Sequence record: SRR20825019_1418
Length of the DNA stretch: 64,000 nucleotides
Reading direction: 5' to 3' (one strand)
Position numbers and translations under genes: made by a program. The first letter of the stretch is position 1; each line of letters starts with the position of its first letter. The notes below the pieces were generated by a model that was given only the letters and a program-made list of their open reading frames with translations, was not told the origin of the DNA and did not search any database. Below, one piece after another: positions 36,339-46,354 of this stretch.

Positions 36339-37391
36339 ATGTCCAAATGCCATTTTATGGTTATCGCTTGTCTGGCTGTCGTTATAAGTGGCTGCCAGTT
36401 GTCTGGCCCCGACGCCTCTGGCAGCCGCGAGGGTTATTTTACCTGGGTGGACGAGCAGGGGCGGGTAAGACAGTCGCCAATACCGCAGAGCACCGGTGAG
36501 AGAGATAAGGGCGAGGGCAAGGAGGCAAACGCTGAGGATGCTCCCCGAACTGGCTCTGCTGACTCGTCGGCTTCCGGGGATGATTCTTCCAGCGGGTACC
36601 ACGAAGAATTCAATCTCGAAAATTATCCCGATGCCAATCAGCTCGAAAAAGACGGCTATGTTCGTCCGGGCGAACCCAAGCCTTATTTCACCTGGCGAGA
36701 TGCCCAGGGCAATATTCGTGTCAGCTATTACCAGCCGGATACCCGGACCGCTGTCGAGAAGGGGCGCATCAAGCCGCCGATTCAACTGACGGAGGCCAGT
36801 ATCCACCAACCGGGAGAAACGGTCGGGCTGCCGGGCCTGCCGGAAGATGCTGACCCCGAAGCCATGGCTGTCCTGGGAATCGATCCCGGAGAGGAACGTT
36901 TTTTCCAGCAGTGGGCAGGGCAATGCTGTCAGGCGCTGGAACGGTCGGAGCCTGAGCAATGGCAGGAAGGTCGTGAATTCGGGGTGTCCATGGGTGACAA
37001 GGCCCCCCGCCATTCATTCAGCACGGGTGAAAGCCATTACCGTCTGGTCAAGCTGCCGCCGGCGGAGCAAATTACCGACTTCATCCTCCACCTCAGGTCG
37101 TTCAATCACGAAGGAATGTTTGTGCCCTCGGTGGCGTTTCTTGATGCCTCGTTCGCCCCGGTTCGAATCGTGACCGACCTGGTGGCCAGCTATGTCCCTG
37201 AATCCTGGTACCAGTACGGCTACCTCCACTCCTACATTCCGGTGTTCCCGAGCCGGGGTGAGCGTTGGATGGTGATCTTCACGCGCGAGGCGGATCTGGC
37301 GGGGCAGACGGTTGTCGAGGACAAGTACGGGCCCAAGGCCATCCCGCACACCCGTACCGGTGAACTCAGTCTCTCCCGGGCTGGCGAGTGA
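36339..37391 (+). CDS. Lipoprotein with a MalM-like C-terminal domain (FilE-like)
   Basis: Lipobox ISGC; repeated YFTWxDxQG motif; FVPSVAFLDASFAPVR. Confidence 0.65.
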   Translation: MSKCHFMVIACLAVVISGCQLSGPDASGSREGYFTWVDEQGRVRQSPIPQSTGERDKGEGKEANAEDAPRTGSADSSASGDDSSSGYHEEFNLENYPDANQLEKDGYVRPGEPKPYFTWRDAQGNIRVSYYQPDTRTAVEKGRIKPPIQLTEASIHQPGETVGLPGLPEDADPEAMAVLGIDPGEERFFQQWAGQCCQALERSEPEQWQEGREFGVSMGDKAPRHSFSTGESHYRLVKLPPAEQITDFILHLRSFNHEGMFVPSVAFLDASFAPVRIVTDLVASYVPESWYQYGYLHSYIPVFPSRGERWMVIFTREADLAGQTVVEDKYGPKAIPHTRTGELSLSRAGE

Positions 37392-37394
37392 CGT

Positions 37395-38429
37395 TCAGTC
37401 TTCCGGCTGGCTCAGATCAAGCCATTGCTGTGACAGCCAATAATAGCTGCCATCGGGGGCCGGATGGGTGCAGTTGTAGCGAAAACGGCGGCTGTTAAAG
37501 CTTCTCGGCGCCTTGAGAATGACGTTATCTCCACCTGATACCTGGAAGTCTACGCGCCCCTGGCCTGAGGCAAAGCAGCTTAGTCGATCGACACTGATGG
37601 TTTCCGGTACGGTAAACGAAAGGGTAGGCGGGTTTTCCGAGATAACGCCGTCCGGCAGTTGGCTGGCATCGACTGGCAGCGCCTTGCTACGTAGTTTGTC
37701 TTCAAGGCTGTTGAGTTGTCCGTAGGCGTTCGCCACCGGGAATCGGGGCAGACGTGTGGCGGCGGAAGTCTCCCCGATGGCGCCGGATTGCTGTCCAAAG
37801 CCGAGCCAGCCACGTGCCTCAATCTTGCGTAATAACGCGTCGTCAAACTCGCCGTAGGGATAGGCAAACATCGGAACATTGGTCCCCAGTTTTTCGGAGA
37901 GGGTTTCCTGGGCCTCATCCAGGCTGCGATCGACACGTGCCTCCCAATCGTTATCGGATTCACCTGGGCGTTTTGCGAGGTGGCCGTGGTCTTTGCTGTG
38001 GTTGGCGATGGTCACGCCGTCGCGGTCTCTGACTTCCTGCAACTGATCCCAGGTCATATAGCCATGGCTGCCCACGGCCTCGGTATTGACGAATATGGTG
38101 TACTCATACCCCCGCTCTTGCAGGGCTGGCGCTGCCTGTGAGTAGACGGATTCGTAGGCATCATCAAAGGTGATGGCAACCTGGGACCTGTCGCTCAGCT
38201 CACCCGCCAGTGCTGCGCGGGTTCCCGATTCAAGCGGAACGACCTCCAGTCCCAGATCCTCAATCATATCCAGTTGTCCCTGGAACAGGGACACTGAGGT
38301 ACTGGTGGAGGACGGCGTCGAGTCACTGACATGGTGGTACTGAAGCACTACCAGATCGGCATTGGCAGTCAGCGTGAATGCCGTGATGGGCAGGAGAAGG
38401 AGAGATCGGGTCATCATTCTTGGTGCCAT
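37395..38429 (-). CDS. Secreted polysaccharide deacetylase (CE4/NodB)
   Basis: LQYHHV, ITFDDAY, ANHSKDH and FAYPYGE motifs. Confidence 0.9.
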   Translation of the reverse strand: MAPRMMTRSLLLLPITAFTLTANADLVVLQYHHVSDSTPSSTSTSVSLFQGQLDMIEDLGLEVVPLESGTRAALAGELSDRSQVAITFDDAYESVYSQAAPALQERGYEYTIFVNTEAVGSHGYMTWDQLQEVRDRDGVTIANHSKDHGHLAKRPGESDNDWEARVDRSLDEAQETLSEKLGTNVPMFAYPYGEFDDALLRKIEARGWLGFGQQSGAIGETSAATRLPRFPVANAYGQLNSLEDKLRSKALPVDASQLPDGVISENPPTLSFTVPETISVDRLSCFASGQGRVDFQVSGGDNVILKAPRSFNSRRFRYNCTHPAPDGSYYWLSQQWLDLSQPED

Positions 38430-38463
38430 TGGAGTGTCCTTGAAATCGGGAATTCCGGTGCAA

Positions 38464-39126
38464 TCAGGTCCGAAAGTGTGCCTTGAGCACGGCGAAGGCC
38501 TGGTTTAGGTCCTGGATGGTTTCGGTTTCGCCACCCCGGTCCGGATGCGCATGCATAACTGCCCGCCGGAAGCGTTGTTTGACGTCGTCAAAGCCAGGGG
38601 GAATGGCATCAAAACCGAGGACGGCTGCGGCTTCACTCGCTTCTGTGGCGGCGGGTCGGTTGCCGCTGCGCCCGGCCCAGAAATCGTCCATCATCCGGTT
38701 TATGGCGTCTTCCGGCAGTTCGTACTTGGACAGGTCCAGGTAAAAATTCCGCAGTTCGTCCATGCGGTCGGGCACACCTGCGCCCGCCACCACAGAACTC
38801 TTGCGGAGTTGAATCACCAGTGGCGAAATGGTCAGGGTTTCTCCGCCGGTGGCGAGCTGATCCCGTAGCCGGTACAGCACATGGAACAGCAGGAAATGGA
38901 CCGGATAGAGCTTGTCCGGTTCGCCAAAGTTGACCTCGCCAATCAGCTCCCAGGGCGGCTTTTGCAGGGTTTTGATAAGGCCCAGCTCGTTGATTCCGGC
39001 TGGGTGCCGACGAAGGATATGCTCGGTGGCAACCAGCAGGTGCTGAATCTGAAAATTCAGCGTCTCATTGGGCGCGTCACCATCCAGCGCCTTGGCGTCC
39101 TGTGTTGCGGTATCGGGTTGATTCAT
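38464..39126 (-). CDS. DnaJ-related protein with a C-terminal J domain
   Basis: HFLLFHVLYRL; C-terminal HPDRGG. Confidence 0.85.
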   Translation of the reverse strand: MNQPDTATQDAKALDGDAPNETLNFQIQHLLVATEHILRRHPAGINELGLIKTLQKPPWELIGEVNFGEPDKLYPVHFLLFHVLYRLRDQLATGGETLTISPLVIQLRKSSVVAGAGVPDRMDELRNFYLDLSKYELPEDAINRMMDDFWAGRSGNRPAATEASEAAAVLGFDAIPPGFDDVKQRFRRAVMHAHPDRGGETETIQDLNQAFAVLKAHFRT

Positions 39127-39153
39127 GCCCCAATGGTAGGCGACAGGGCGCCG

Positions 39154-39828
39154 TTACGGAAGAGGCATGTCCCGCTCCAACCCCTTCAGGAACAGGTTGG
39201 TCGCGAACCGGGTGGCATTTCTGGCTTCGGCCTCGGCCTCGGCGGGCCGATTGTGGGCACGGTAGGCCAGGCGCAAGCTGAGTTCGTAGCCTACCCCGAA
39301 GAAAGCGGCGCACAGGTACTCTTCGTCCATCTCCGGCAACAGGCCACGCTCAACGGCGTTCCTGACATCGTCCTCCAGGGAGAGCATGGCAAGCCCGAGA
39401 ATGTCTGAGCCGAACAGTTCACGGATGGCACGATCGTTACGATGCGCCAGCTCATAAACCAGGGGGTCGCTGGCGGTGGCCCGGAACAGCGAAAGGTATG
39501 CAAAGTAGATGAAGTCTTCAGCGGAATTGGCGGACTTTCGGCACTCGGTAAGGTTGTGATTGAGGCCGCTTAGGAAATCTGTCAGCAGAGCTGCAAAAAT
39601 GTCCTGTTTGCTGGAAAAATAATTGTAGAAGGTGCCTGCCGCCAGGCCGGTACGGCGTACGATATCGCGGATGGTGGAGTTGTCGTACCCCCGTTCCCGA
39701 AAGCACTCCCGCGCCGCGTCAAGAATGGCACTGCGGTTGCGAATACGGTTGAATTCCCGTTTACCGGTGGCTTCCGGTTTTGTGTCTAACATATCCATGT
39801 CTGTATCCTGTCCCTGGAACTTTTGCAC
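39154..39828 (-). CDS. TetR/AcrR-family regulator
   Basis: ILDAARECF...TIRDIVRRTGLAAGTFYNYFSSK; true start may be a downstream Met. Confidence 0.88.
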   Translation of the reverse strand: MQKFQGQDTDMDMLDTKPEATGKREFNRIRNRSAILDAARECFRERGYDNSTIRDIVRRTGLAAGTFYNYFSSKQDIFAALLTDFLSGLNHNLTECRKSANSAEDFIYFAYLSLFRATASDPLVYELAHRNDRAIRELFGSDILGLAMLSLEDDVRNAVERGLLPEMDEEYLCAAFFGVGYELSLRLAYRAHNRPAEAEAEARNATRFATNLFLKGLERDMPLP

Positions 39829-39872
39829 GCGTATAATCCGACGCTCACTGACCTTATGAACGACGTTTTCCT

Positions 39873-40784
39873 ATGCCCGAAGCAATAACTGCCAACTCCG
39901 AAACCGCCCAGGCTCCTGAAGCGGAGCGCAAGCAGAAACTGGAACTGAACAAGCTGCAGAAGCGCCTGCGCCGGGAAATGGGGCAGGCGATTGCTGATTT
40001 CTCGATGATCGAGGCTGGTGACAAAGTCATGTGCTGCCTGTCTGGCGGCAAGGACTCCTACGCCATGCTCGATATCCTGCTGAATCTCCAGAAAAGCGCG
40101 CCGGTGCGCTTTGAGCTGATTGCTGTGAACCTGGATCAGAAGCAGCCCGGCTTCCCGGAAGAAGTGCTGCCTGAGTACCTTTCGGCTCTTGATATTGAGT
40201 ATCACATCATCGAGAAGGACACCTACAGTATTGTTAAGGAAAAAGTACCGGAAGGGAAGACCACCTGCGGACTTTGTTCCCGCCTACGTCGCGGAATTCT
40301 CTATAATTTTGCAGAAGAACACGGCGTTACCAAGATTGCTTTGGGGCACCATCGGGATGACCTGCTGGAAACGCTGTTCCTGAACATGTTCTATGGTGGC
40401 AAGCTGAAATCCATGCCGCCGGTTCTGCACAGCGACGACGGCCGGAACACGGTGATTCGCCCGTTGGCATACAGCCGGGAGAAAGACATTGCGCGCTACG
40501 CCAGCTTGCGCCAGTTCCCGATCATTCCCTGCAACCTCTGCGGTTCCCAGGAAAACCTGCAGCGTCAGGTGATCAAGGACATGTTCCAGACCTGGGACAA
40601 GCAGCACCCGGGGCGCCTGGAAACCATGTTTCGGGCCATGTGTAACGTTGAGCCGTCACACCTCGCCGATACCTCCCTGTACAACTTCCGTGAGGGTCAC
40701 CGCCATTCCGAACCGGGCCAAAGTGCCGGGACGGTCGAGCCCCAAACACCCGATTTCGGACGGTTGGACGTGCTTAATATCTGA
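39873..40784 (+). CDS. ttcA: tRNA 2-thiocytidine(32) synthetase
   Basis: [22 protein letters not shown] and CNLCGSQ motifs. Confidence 0.95.
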   Translation: MPEAITANSETAQAPEAERKQKLELNKLQKRLRREMGQAIADFSMIEAGDKVMCCLSGGKDSYAMLDILLNLQKSAPVRFELIAVNLDQKQPGFPEEVLPEYLSALDIEYHIIEKDTYSIVKEKVPEGKTTCGLCSRLRRGILYNFAEEHGVTKIALGHHRDDLLETLFLNMFYGGKLKSMPPVLHSDDGRNTVIRPLAYSREKDIARYASLRQFPIIPCNLCGSQENLQRQVIKDMFQTWDKQHPGRLETMFRAMCNVEPSHLADTSLYNFREGHRHSEPGQSAGTVEPQTPDFGRLDVLNI

Positions 40785-40813
40785 TCGGTTCGAGCCGGTA
40801 GTCCAGCCCTTGT

Positions 40814-41512
40814 CTATCCGTGACCGGTATGCAAAAAGGCGGTGACAGGAAGGGTCCAGATACCGAAACCAATCAGCAGCAGTCCGGCGATCTGCCGAAA
40901 GCGTTGGTGTTCCCGCAGTTTTCGGATCCAGGTGGCGGCGTAACCGGTGGCCAGCATGGATGGCAGGGTACCGAGGCCGAAGAACAACATGGTGGTGGCC
41001 GCGCTGCCCACCGAGGGTTGCAGGGCAGCCCAGCCCAGGGTGCTGTAGACCAGCCCGCAGGGCAACCAGCCCCAGAGTGCGCCAAGGATGAGCGCCTGGT
41101 GGAAATGATGCACCGGGAGCACTCGGGCGGTGAGCGGTGACAGACGTTTCCAGACCGGGGCACCGATGCGTTCCACGTAGCGGATGCCTTGCCACCACTG
41201 CCCCATGGACAGTCCCATCAGGATCAGCAGTATCCCTGCCATTGTTCGAAGTATCGGGCCAAGTTGCGTCCAATAGGCCGAGGCGCTGGTGCTCAGCAGC
41301 GCGATCAGGGCCGCAATCGCTGCATAGCTGCCAATCCGCCCGCCATTGAAGGCGAGCAGCATGGCGGTCTGGCGAACACGGAAGCCCCGGCCAACAGGCA
41401 GTGCCATGGACAGTGACGCGCTGATCCCTCCGCACATACTCAGGCAATGGGTGCTGCCGAGCAGGCCAATCAGGAAGGCGCTGGAATAACTCAGGTAAAG
41501 TTCTTCGCCCAT
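40814..41512 (-). CDS. DsbD_2/TauE-like membrane protein of cbb3 oxidase maturation
   Basis: HCLSMCGG and GWLPCGLVY motifs; follows ccoS. Confidence 0.85.
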   Translation of the reverse strand: MGEELYLSYSSAFLIGLLGSTHCLSMCGGISASLSMALPVGRGFRVRQTAMLLAFNGGRIGSYAAIAALIALLSTSASAYWTQLGPILRTMAGILLILMGLSMGQWWQGIRYVERIGAPVWKRLSPLTARVLPVHHFHQALILGALWGWLPCGLVYSTLGWAALQPSVGSAATTMLFFGLGTLPSMLATGYAATWIRKLREHQRFRQIAGLLLIGFGIWTLPVTAFLHTGHG

Positions 41513-41739
41513 CAGGATTTGAGGCTGTCGCCCGGCTCCTCGGCAGAGTTGGAGTTGGCATCCTGCTTGGGTTGTTTGGCGTCGTCCGGGATCATGTCTT
41601 TGTCATCGTCATAAAGGATGCGATGGGCCGGTCCATCAAGGTCATCGTATTGGCCGTTCTTGACGGCCCAGGAGAATAGCAGGATGCCTAGTGCCACCAG
41701 GATCAGCATGACCGGAACCAGGATCATTACGATTTGCAC
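41512..41739 (-). CDS. ccoS: cbb3 oxidase maturation protein CcoS
   Basis: WAVKNGQYDDLDGPAHRIL. Confidence 0.92.
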   Translation of the reverse strand: MQIVMILVPVMLILVALGILLFSWAVKNGQYDDLDGPAHRILYDDDKDMIPDDAKQPKQDANSNSAEEPGDSLKS

Positions 41740-41781
41740 AGGGCTACCTCAAACGTATTGGGTGATTCAGTGTTCACGGTA

Positions 41782-44232
41782 TCAGGACGTTGCTTCGGCG
41801 CCAACCGCCGGGGCGTGGGATACCGGGTTGCCTCGCTGCCTACCTAGCCGCATGGCATTGAGTACCACCACCAGTGAGCTGAGGGACATGCCGATGGCCG
41901 CCAGCCAGGGTGGAACCAGACCCGCTGCCGCCAGGGGCAGGGCGCAGACGTTGTAGGCCAGTGCCCAGGCCATGTTCTGGCGGATGACGCGGCGTGTGTC
42001 CTGGCCGGCTTTCAGGGCTTCGGACAGTTGCGTTAACTGCCCGCTCAACAGCACTGCATCGGCCTTGAGTTGGGTCAGATCGGCAGCGCTTCCCATGGCC
42101 ACGGACACACCAGCACCGGCCATGGAGGGCAGGTCGTTGAGGCCATCACCCACCATCATGATGTGGTGGCCCTGGTCGCGGAGGTCCTCCAGTACGCGGA
42201 GTTTCTCTTCCGGTGAGGCCTGGCCGATGGCTTCATCAATGCCGAGTCTGCCTGCTATCTGCTCAACGTGTCCTGAGCGGTCGCCGCTGAGCAGAATGGT
42301 GCGCAGTCCTGCATTTTGCAGGGCCTGGACGGCTTCTCTTGCATCCGGTCTGGGCTCGTCGTCCAGTGTGAACCTGGCCATCCAGCCACGGTCCGTGGCC
42401 AGCCATATCTCCATGCCTTTGGAGGTGTCGGCTTCCGGCGCCGGGCTACCCACCTTCTCTTCCACAAAATCCCGGTGGCCAATATAGAGGGGTGCCCCGT
42501 CTACCTGTCCCGAGAGACCACCGCCCAAGTGGTTTTGTACCTGCCTGGCGGCGTAACCGGGTATCTTCTGGTGGAATACCCTGGCGATCGGGTGTTCTGA
42601 ATGGTTCTCCAGGCTGGCTGCCAGTTGCCGGCATCGATCCGCATCAAGGTTGCCGAAGGTTCGGGTATCCACCAGGCTGAGTTCACCTCGGGTCAGGGTG
42701 CCGGTTTTATCGAAAATCACCGTGTCGATGGTGTTCAGGGATTCCAGAGTGTGTCCGCGTGTTGGAAGGAAGCCCAGCTTGCGAAGTCTCATGGTTGCCG
42801 ACGTTATTGCCGTTGGAGTGGCGAGCGACAGGGCGCAGGGGCAAGTCACTACCAGTACCGAGAGCGTAATGTCGAAGGCATTATCGGCGCCGGCCATCCA
42901 CCAGCCAATCCAGATGAGTGGGGCCAGGATCAGCACACGGCTGACAAACACGCCGGCAATTCGATCGGCCGCCAGCGCAACGGGTGGCTTCTCAGCCTGC
43001 ACCCGATCCAGCACCCGCAAAATGCGGGACAGTCTGGTCTGTGTGCCGGCGCGGCGAACCTCAACCTCCAACGGGTTCTCGCCGTTGATGCTGCCAGCAT
43101 GGACGGGGTCACCCTCGCTACGGGTTTCCGGCAGATATTCACCGGTCAAAGCCGCTTCGTTAAGGGTGGAGTGGCCGCTGACGATGACGCCGTCTGCGGG
43201 CAACGTTTCGCCAGGCCGGATGCGAATAACGTCGCCGGCAGCCAGGTCATGGGTGGCGACGATATCACTGCCGTTGCCCTGGATGCGGTTGGCGACCATG
43301 GGCTGGAAGCCGGCCAGCGCGTTGCCTGTCAGCCCGGCGCGGTAACGGGCCTGCATCTCAATGTAGCGGCCAAGCTGCAGGAAAAAGGTAAACATACAGA
43401 CGGACTCGAAATAGACTTCCTCGCCGCCGAATACCGTCACCCATGCGCTGGCGACATAGGCCAGGCCAATCGCGGTGGCCACCGGTACGTCCATGGTCAG
43501 GTGACGGCTGCGAAGATCCCTGAATGCGTTTGTGAAGAACGGACGCGCGCTGTAAAGGACTACGGGGGTGGCGACTAGAAGACTGAACCAGCGGAAAAAA
43601 CTGACAAACTCTGGCGACAGGTCATTCACCAGTTCGAAATAAAGCGGAAAGGCTAGCATCATGCTCTGGAACGAGCCTATCCCCGCGACAGCCAGGCGGA
43701 TCAGTGCAGAGCGATGTTCGGCTTTCAGGGCTTTCTCGGCCTCATCGGCCTGATAGGGGCGGGCTCGATAGCCCAGTTCATGGACGGCAATCAGTAGCTG
43801 GCTGAGTTTTGAGTGCTCCGGGTTCCAGACCAGTCGCGCGCGCTGGGTGCTGTGATTGACGGAAAATGACACCACGCCCGGTTGCCTGGCCATGTGGTTT
43901 TCCAGCAACCATATGCAAGCGGCGCAGGTGATGCCGCTTACAAGCAGTGTGGCTTCCTGGCCAGCGGTAACGGGAGATACAAACGACTTCTGAACCAGGG
44001 GATGGTCCACTTCGAGGATACGGTTCCGTTCGGAATCGCTGAGTGCCTTCGGGGTGACGGCCGGCTCGGTGCGGAACTGGTAGAACCCGGTGAGGCCTTC
44101 GGCGCGAATGGTCTCACAGACCGCCTTGCATCCAACGCAGCAGAAGTGTCGCAACACTCCTTTAAGTTCCAGGGTGATGGGTGGCGTTCCAGTGGCCGGC
44201 TCACCACAATGATAACAATCCAAGGGGATCAC
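41782..44232 (-). CDS. ccoI: Cu-transporting P1B-type ATPase CcoI
   Basis: CYHC, CCVGC, CAAC, CPC, DKTGTLT and GDGLND motifs. Confidence 0.93.
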   Translation of the reverse strand: MIPLDCYHCGEPATGTPPITLELKGVLRHFCCVGCKAVCETIRAEGLTGFYQFRTEPAVTPKALSDSERNRILEVDHPLVQKSFVSPVTAGQEATLLVSGITCAACIWLLENHMARQPGVVSFSVNHSTQRARLVWNPEHSKLSQLLIAVHELGYRARPYQADEAEKALKAEHRSALIRLAVAGIGSFQSMMLAFPLYFELVNDLSPEFVSFFRWFSLLVATPVVLYSARPFFTNAFRDLRSRHLTMDVPVATAIGLAYVASAWVTVFGGEEVYFESVCMFTFFLQLGRYIEMQARYRAGLTGNALAGFQPMVANRIQGNGSDIVATHDLAAGDVIRIRPGETLPADGVIVSGHSTLNEAALTGEYLPETRSEGDPVHAGSINGENPLEVEVRRAGTQTRLSRILRVLDRVQAEKPPVALAADRIAGVFVSRVLILAPLIWIGWWMAGADNAFDITLSVLVVTCPCALSLATPTAITSATMRLRKLGFLPTRGHTLESLNTIDTVIFDKTGTLTRGELSLVDTRTFGNLDADRCRQLAASLENHSEHPIARVFHQKIPGYAARQVQNHLGGGLSGQVDGAPLYIGHRDFVEEKVGSPAPEADTSKGMEIWLATDRGWMARFTLDDEPRPDAREAVQALQNAGLRTILLSGDRSGHVEQIAGRLGIDEAIGQASPEEKLRVLEDLRDQGHHIMMVGDGLNDLPSMAGAGVSVAMGSAADLTQLKADAVLLSGQLTQLSEALKAGQDTRRVIRQNMAWALAYNVCALPLAAAGLVPPWLAAIGMSLSSLVVVLNAMRLGRQRGNPVSHAPAVGAEATS

Positions 44233-44759
44233 CCGCGGTCTTCTGTGACCGCACCGAGGCTCAGGGAGCGTTGCGATGGCAGGCTGGACTCACCTTTCAG
44301 TCGCCATTGGTTGTCCGGGCCACGCAGGTCAAAGTACCAGCGGCCTTCAATCGGCTGATTCAGGGTGGCGCTGTATAGTCCCTCGCCGATTGCCCGGAAT
44401 TGTATGGTGCGGTCGTACTCCGACATGGTCGGGTGATACAGGCTCAGTATCAGGTAAGGGTAGTTCGCAGGGCCGTCGGCAGTATCCATGGAGAGGGTGA
44501 TTTCCCGTTCGCCAAATGTCATATCTGCCGTCAGGCCCAGGTCTTGGGCTTTCTGGTCGCGTGCAATTGCCATGTTGATCCCGCGACCCTCCTTGGAATA
44601 GTCGTCGGTTACCATGGAGTTGTCGGTGTTTATCGCGACCGTAATGGCGATGGAGCACCAGATAATGGCGGCGCCGGGAAATATCAGCAGGAACCAGAGC
44701 CAGGGTTGCCGGTACCAGGGAACGACGGGTGCGTTTTCATTCATAGTGCTGTCTCTCAA
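44229..44759 (-). CDS. ccoH: FixH/CcoH protein
   Basis: PWYRQPWLWFL; VTDDYSKEG; position in ccoGHIS. Confidence 0.88.
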   Translation of the reverse strand: MRDSTMNENAPVVPWYRQPWLWFLLIFPGAAIIWCSIAITVAINTDNSMVTDDYSKEGRGINMAIARDQKAQDLGLTADMTFGEREITLSMDTADGPANYPYLILSLYHPTMSEYDRTIQFRAIGEGLYSATLNQPIEGRWYFDLRGPDNQWRLKGESSLPSQRSLSLGAVTEDRG

Positions 44760-44788
44760 GGCTGGTCTCCCTGGTTGGTGTCAGGGGA

Positions 44789-46222
44789 TCAGCGATTTGG
44801 ACCGACAAACCGGCTTTCGGTTTCAAGAACGAGCGATTCGTCGGATTGTGATTCAAGCGTGAAGACAATGGCATTGTTGCTTTCCGAGAGTTTCTCGGGC
44901 GCGACATCCACCACCGTCGGCAGTGCCCGGTTCTCACTGCTCGCCACCGTCAGGGTGTTCTCGGTCAGCAACCGGATGCCTTCCAGGCCTGAAACCGAGA
45001 TCGTAAAGGTCTGCGGCACTTCCGACATATTGGCGACTTTGAGAGTGTAGGTATTCTCTACCCGGCCTTCACCATTGAAGCTGAAGAGGGCGCCTCGATC
45101 CCTCAGGACATCAAGCTGTGCCGGAACCCGGGTGGCAATTGTGAATACAATCGCGCCAACCATCAGCAGCAATACCAGCCCGTAACCAAAGGTGCGCGGT
45201 CTCATCAGCTTCGAGGTTTTGCCTTCCAGTTCGTTTTCAGTGGTATAGCGAATCAGGCCGCGCGGATATTCCATCTTGTCCATGACTTCGTCACACGCAT
45301 CAATGCACAGCGCGCAGCCAATACACTCGTACTGCAGCCCGTCTCGAATGTCGATGCCGGTAGGGCATACCTGAACACACTGGCCACAGTCGATGCAGTC
45401 ACCAAGGCCCAGTTCCGAGGGTTCAATGCCTTTCTTGCGCCCGCCGCGGGGCTCCCCCCGGTTGGGATCATAGGACACCACGCGGGTATCGGGGTCGAAC
45501 ATGACGGACTGGAAGCGGGCGTAGGGGCACATATACAGACATACCTGCTCACGCAGCCAGCCGGCGTTCAGGTAGGTGGCGGCCGTAAAGAAGGCGACCC
45601 AGAAATAGGCCCAACCGTTGGCCTGCAGGGTGAACAGGTCGGTGATGAGTTCACGGATGGGGTAGAAGTAACCAACAAAGGTCAGGCCGGTGGCGAGCGC
45701 AATCAGTAGCCACGCGGAGTGCTTTGCGGATTTTTTGGCGATTTTCTCAGCGGAACGGGGCGCCTTGTCCAGCTTCATCCGCTTATTGCGGCTGCCCTCT
45801 ATACGCTCCTCCACCCACATGAAGATAAATGTCCAAACGGTTTGGGGGCATGTGTAGCCACACCACACCCGGCCGAACAGCGTGGTGATAAAAAACAGAC
45901 CAAAAGCGGCGATGATCAGCATACCCGACAGCAGGATAAAATCCTGGGGATAGAACGTGGTTCCGTAGAGGTGGAATTCCCGCGCCGGGAGATCGAAATG
46001 AATCAGCGGCTGACCATCCACGGTAAACCAGACGAACAGGAAGTACATGCCCATCAGGGCTGTCAGGCTGACATTCCGGATACGCTGAAAGAAGCCCTTC
46101 TTGACCCCTTTGACGTAGATCTTTTTGCGGCTGGCGTATAGCTCGACAGTTCCGGTGTTTTTATTGTTGTCGGAGGTGTCAGAGGATGGGTCAATCTGTT
46201 TGACCGGAATCTCACTGCTCAT
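44789..46222 (-). CDS. ccoG: CcoG/FixG 4Fe-4S membrane protein
   Basis: WCGYTCPQ, CLYMCPY, CIDCGQCVQVCP and CIGCALCIDAC motifs. Confidence 0.95.
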   Translation of the reverse strand: MSSEIPVKQIDPSSDTSDNNKNTGTVELYASRKKIYVKGVKKGFFQRIRNVSLTALMGMYFLFVWFTVDGQPLIHFDLPAREFHLYGTTFYPQDFILLSGMLIIAAFGLFFITTLFGRVWCGYTCPQTVWTFIFMWVEERIEGSRNKRMKLDKAPRSAEKIAKKSAKHSAWLLIALATGLTFVGYFYPIRELITDLFTLQANGWAYFWVAFFTAATYLNAGWLREQVCLYMCPYARFQSVMFDPDTRVVSYDPNRGEPRGGRKKGIEPSELGLGDCIDCGQCVQVCPTGIDIRDGLQYECIGCALCIDACDEVMDKMEYPRGLIRYTTENELEGKTSKLMRPRTFGYGLVLLLMVGAIVFTIATRVPAQLDVLRDRGALFSFNGEGRVENTYTLKVANMSEVPQTFTISVSGLEGIRLLTENTLTVASSENRALPTVVDVAPEKLSESNNAIVFTLESQSDESLVLETESRFVGPNR

Positions 46223-46323
46223 CGTTACCTCCCGATGATGTGGCGCCCTGATTCACAGTGGACTGTGGGGCAGTCGATCTTCTCAAGCCTTGGTCCGCAG
46301 GTGGCAGGCCAAGGGTTGAGCAG

Positions 46324-46352
46324 ACCGGGCCGGGACAGAATCCCGGCCGGGT
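46324..46352 (-). terminator. Hairpin after ccoP (terminator or mRNA stabiliser)
   Basis: GGCCGGGA-cagaa-TCCCGGCC stem immediately after the ccoP stop. Confidence 0.5.
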
Positions 46353-46354
46353 AC

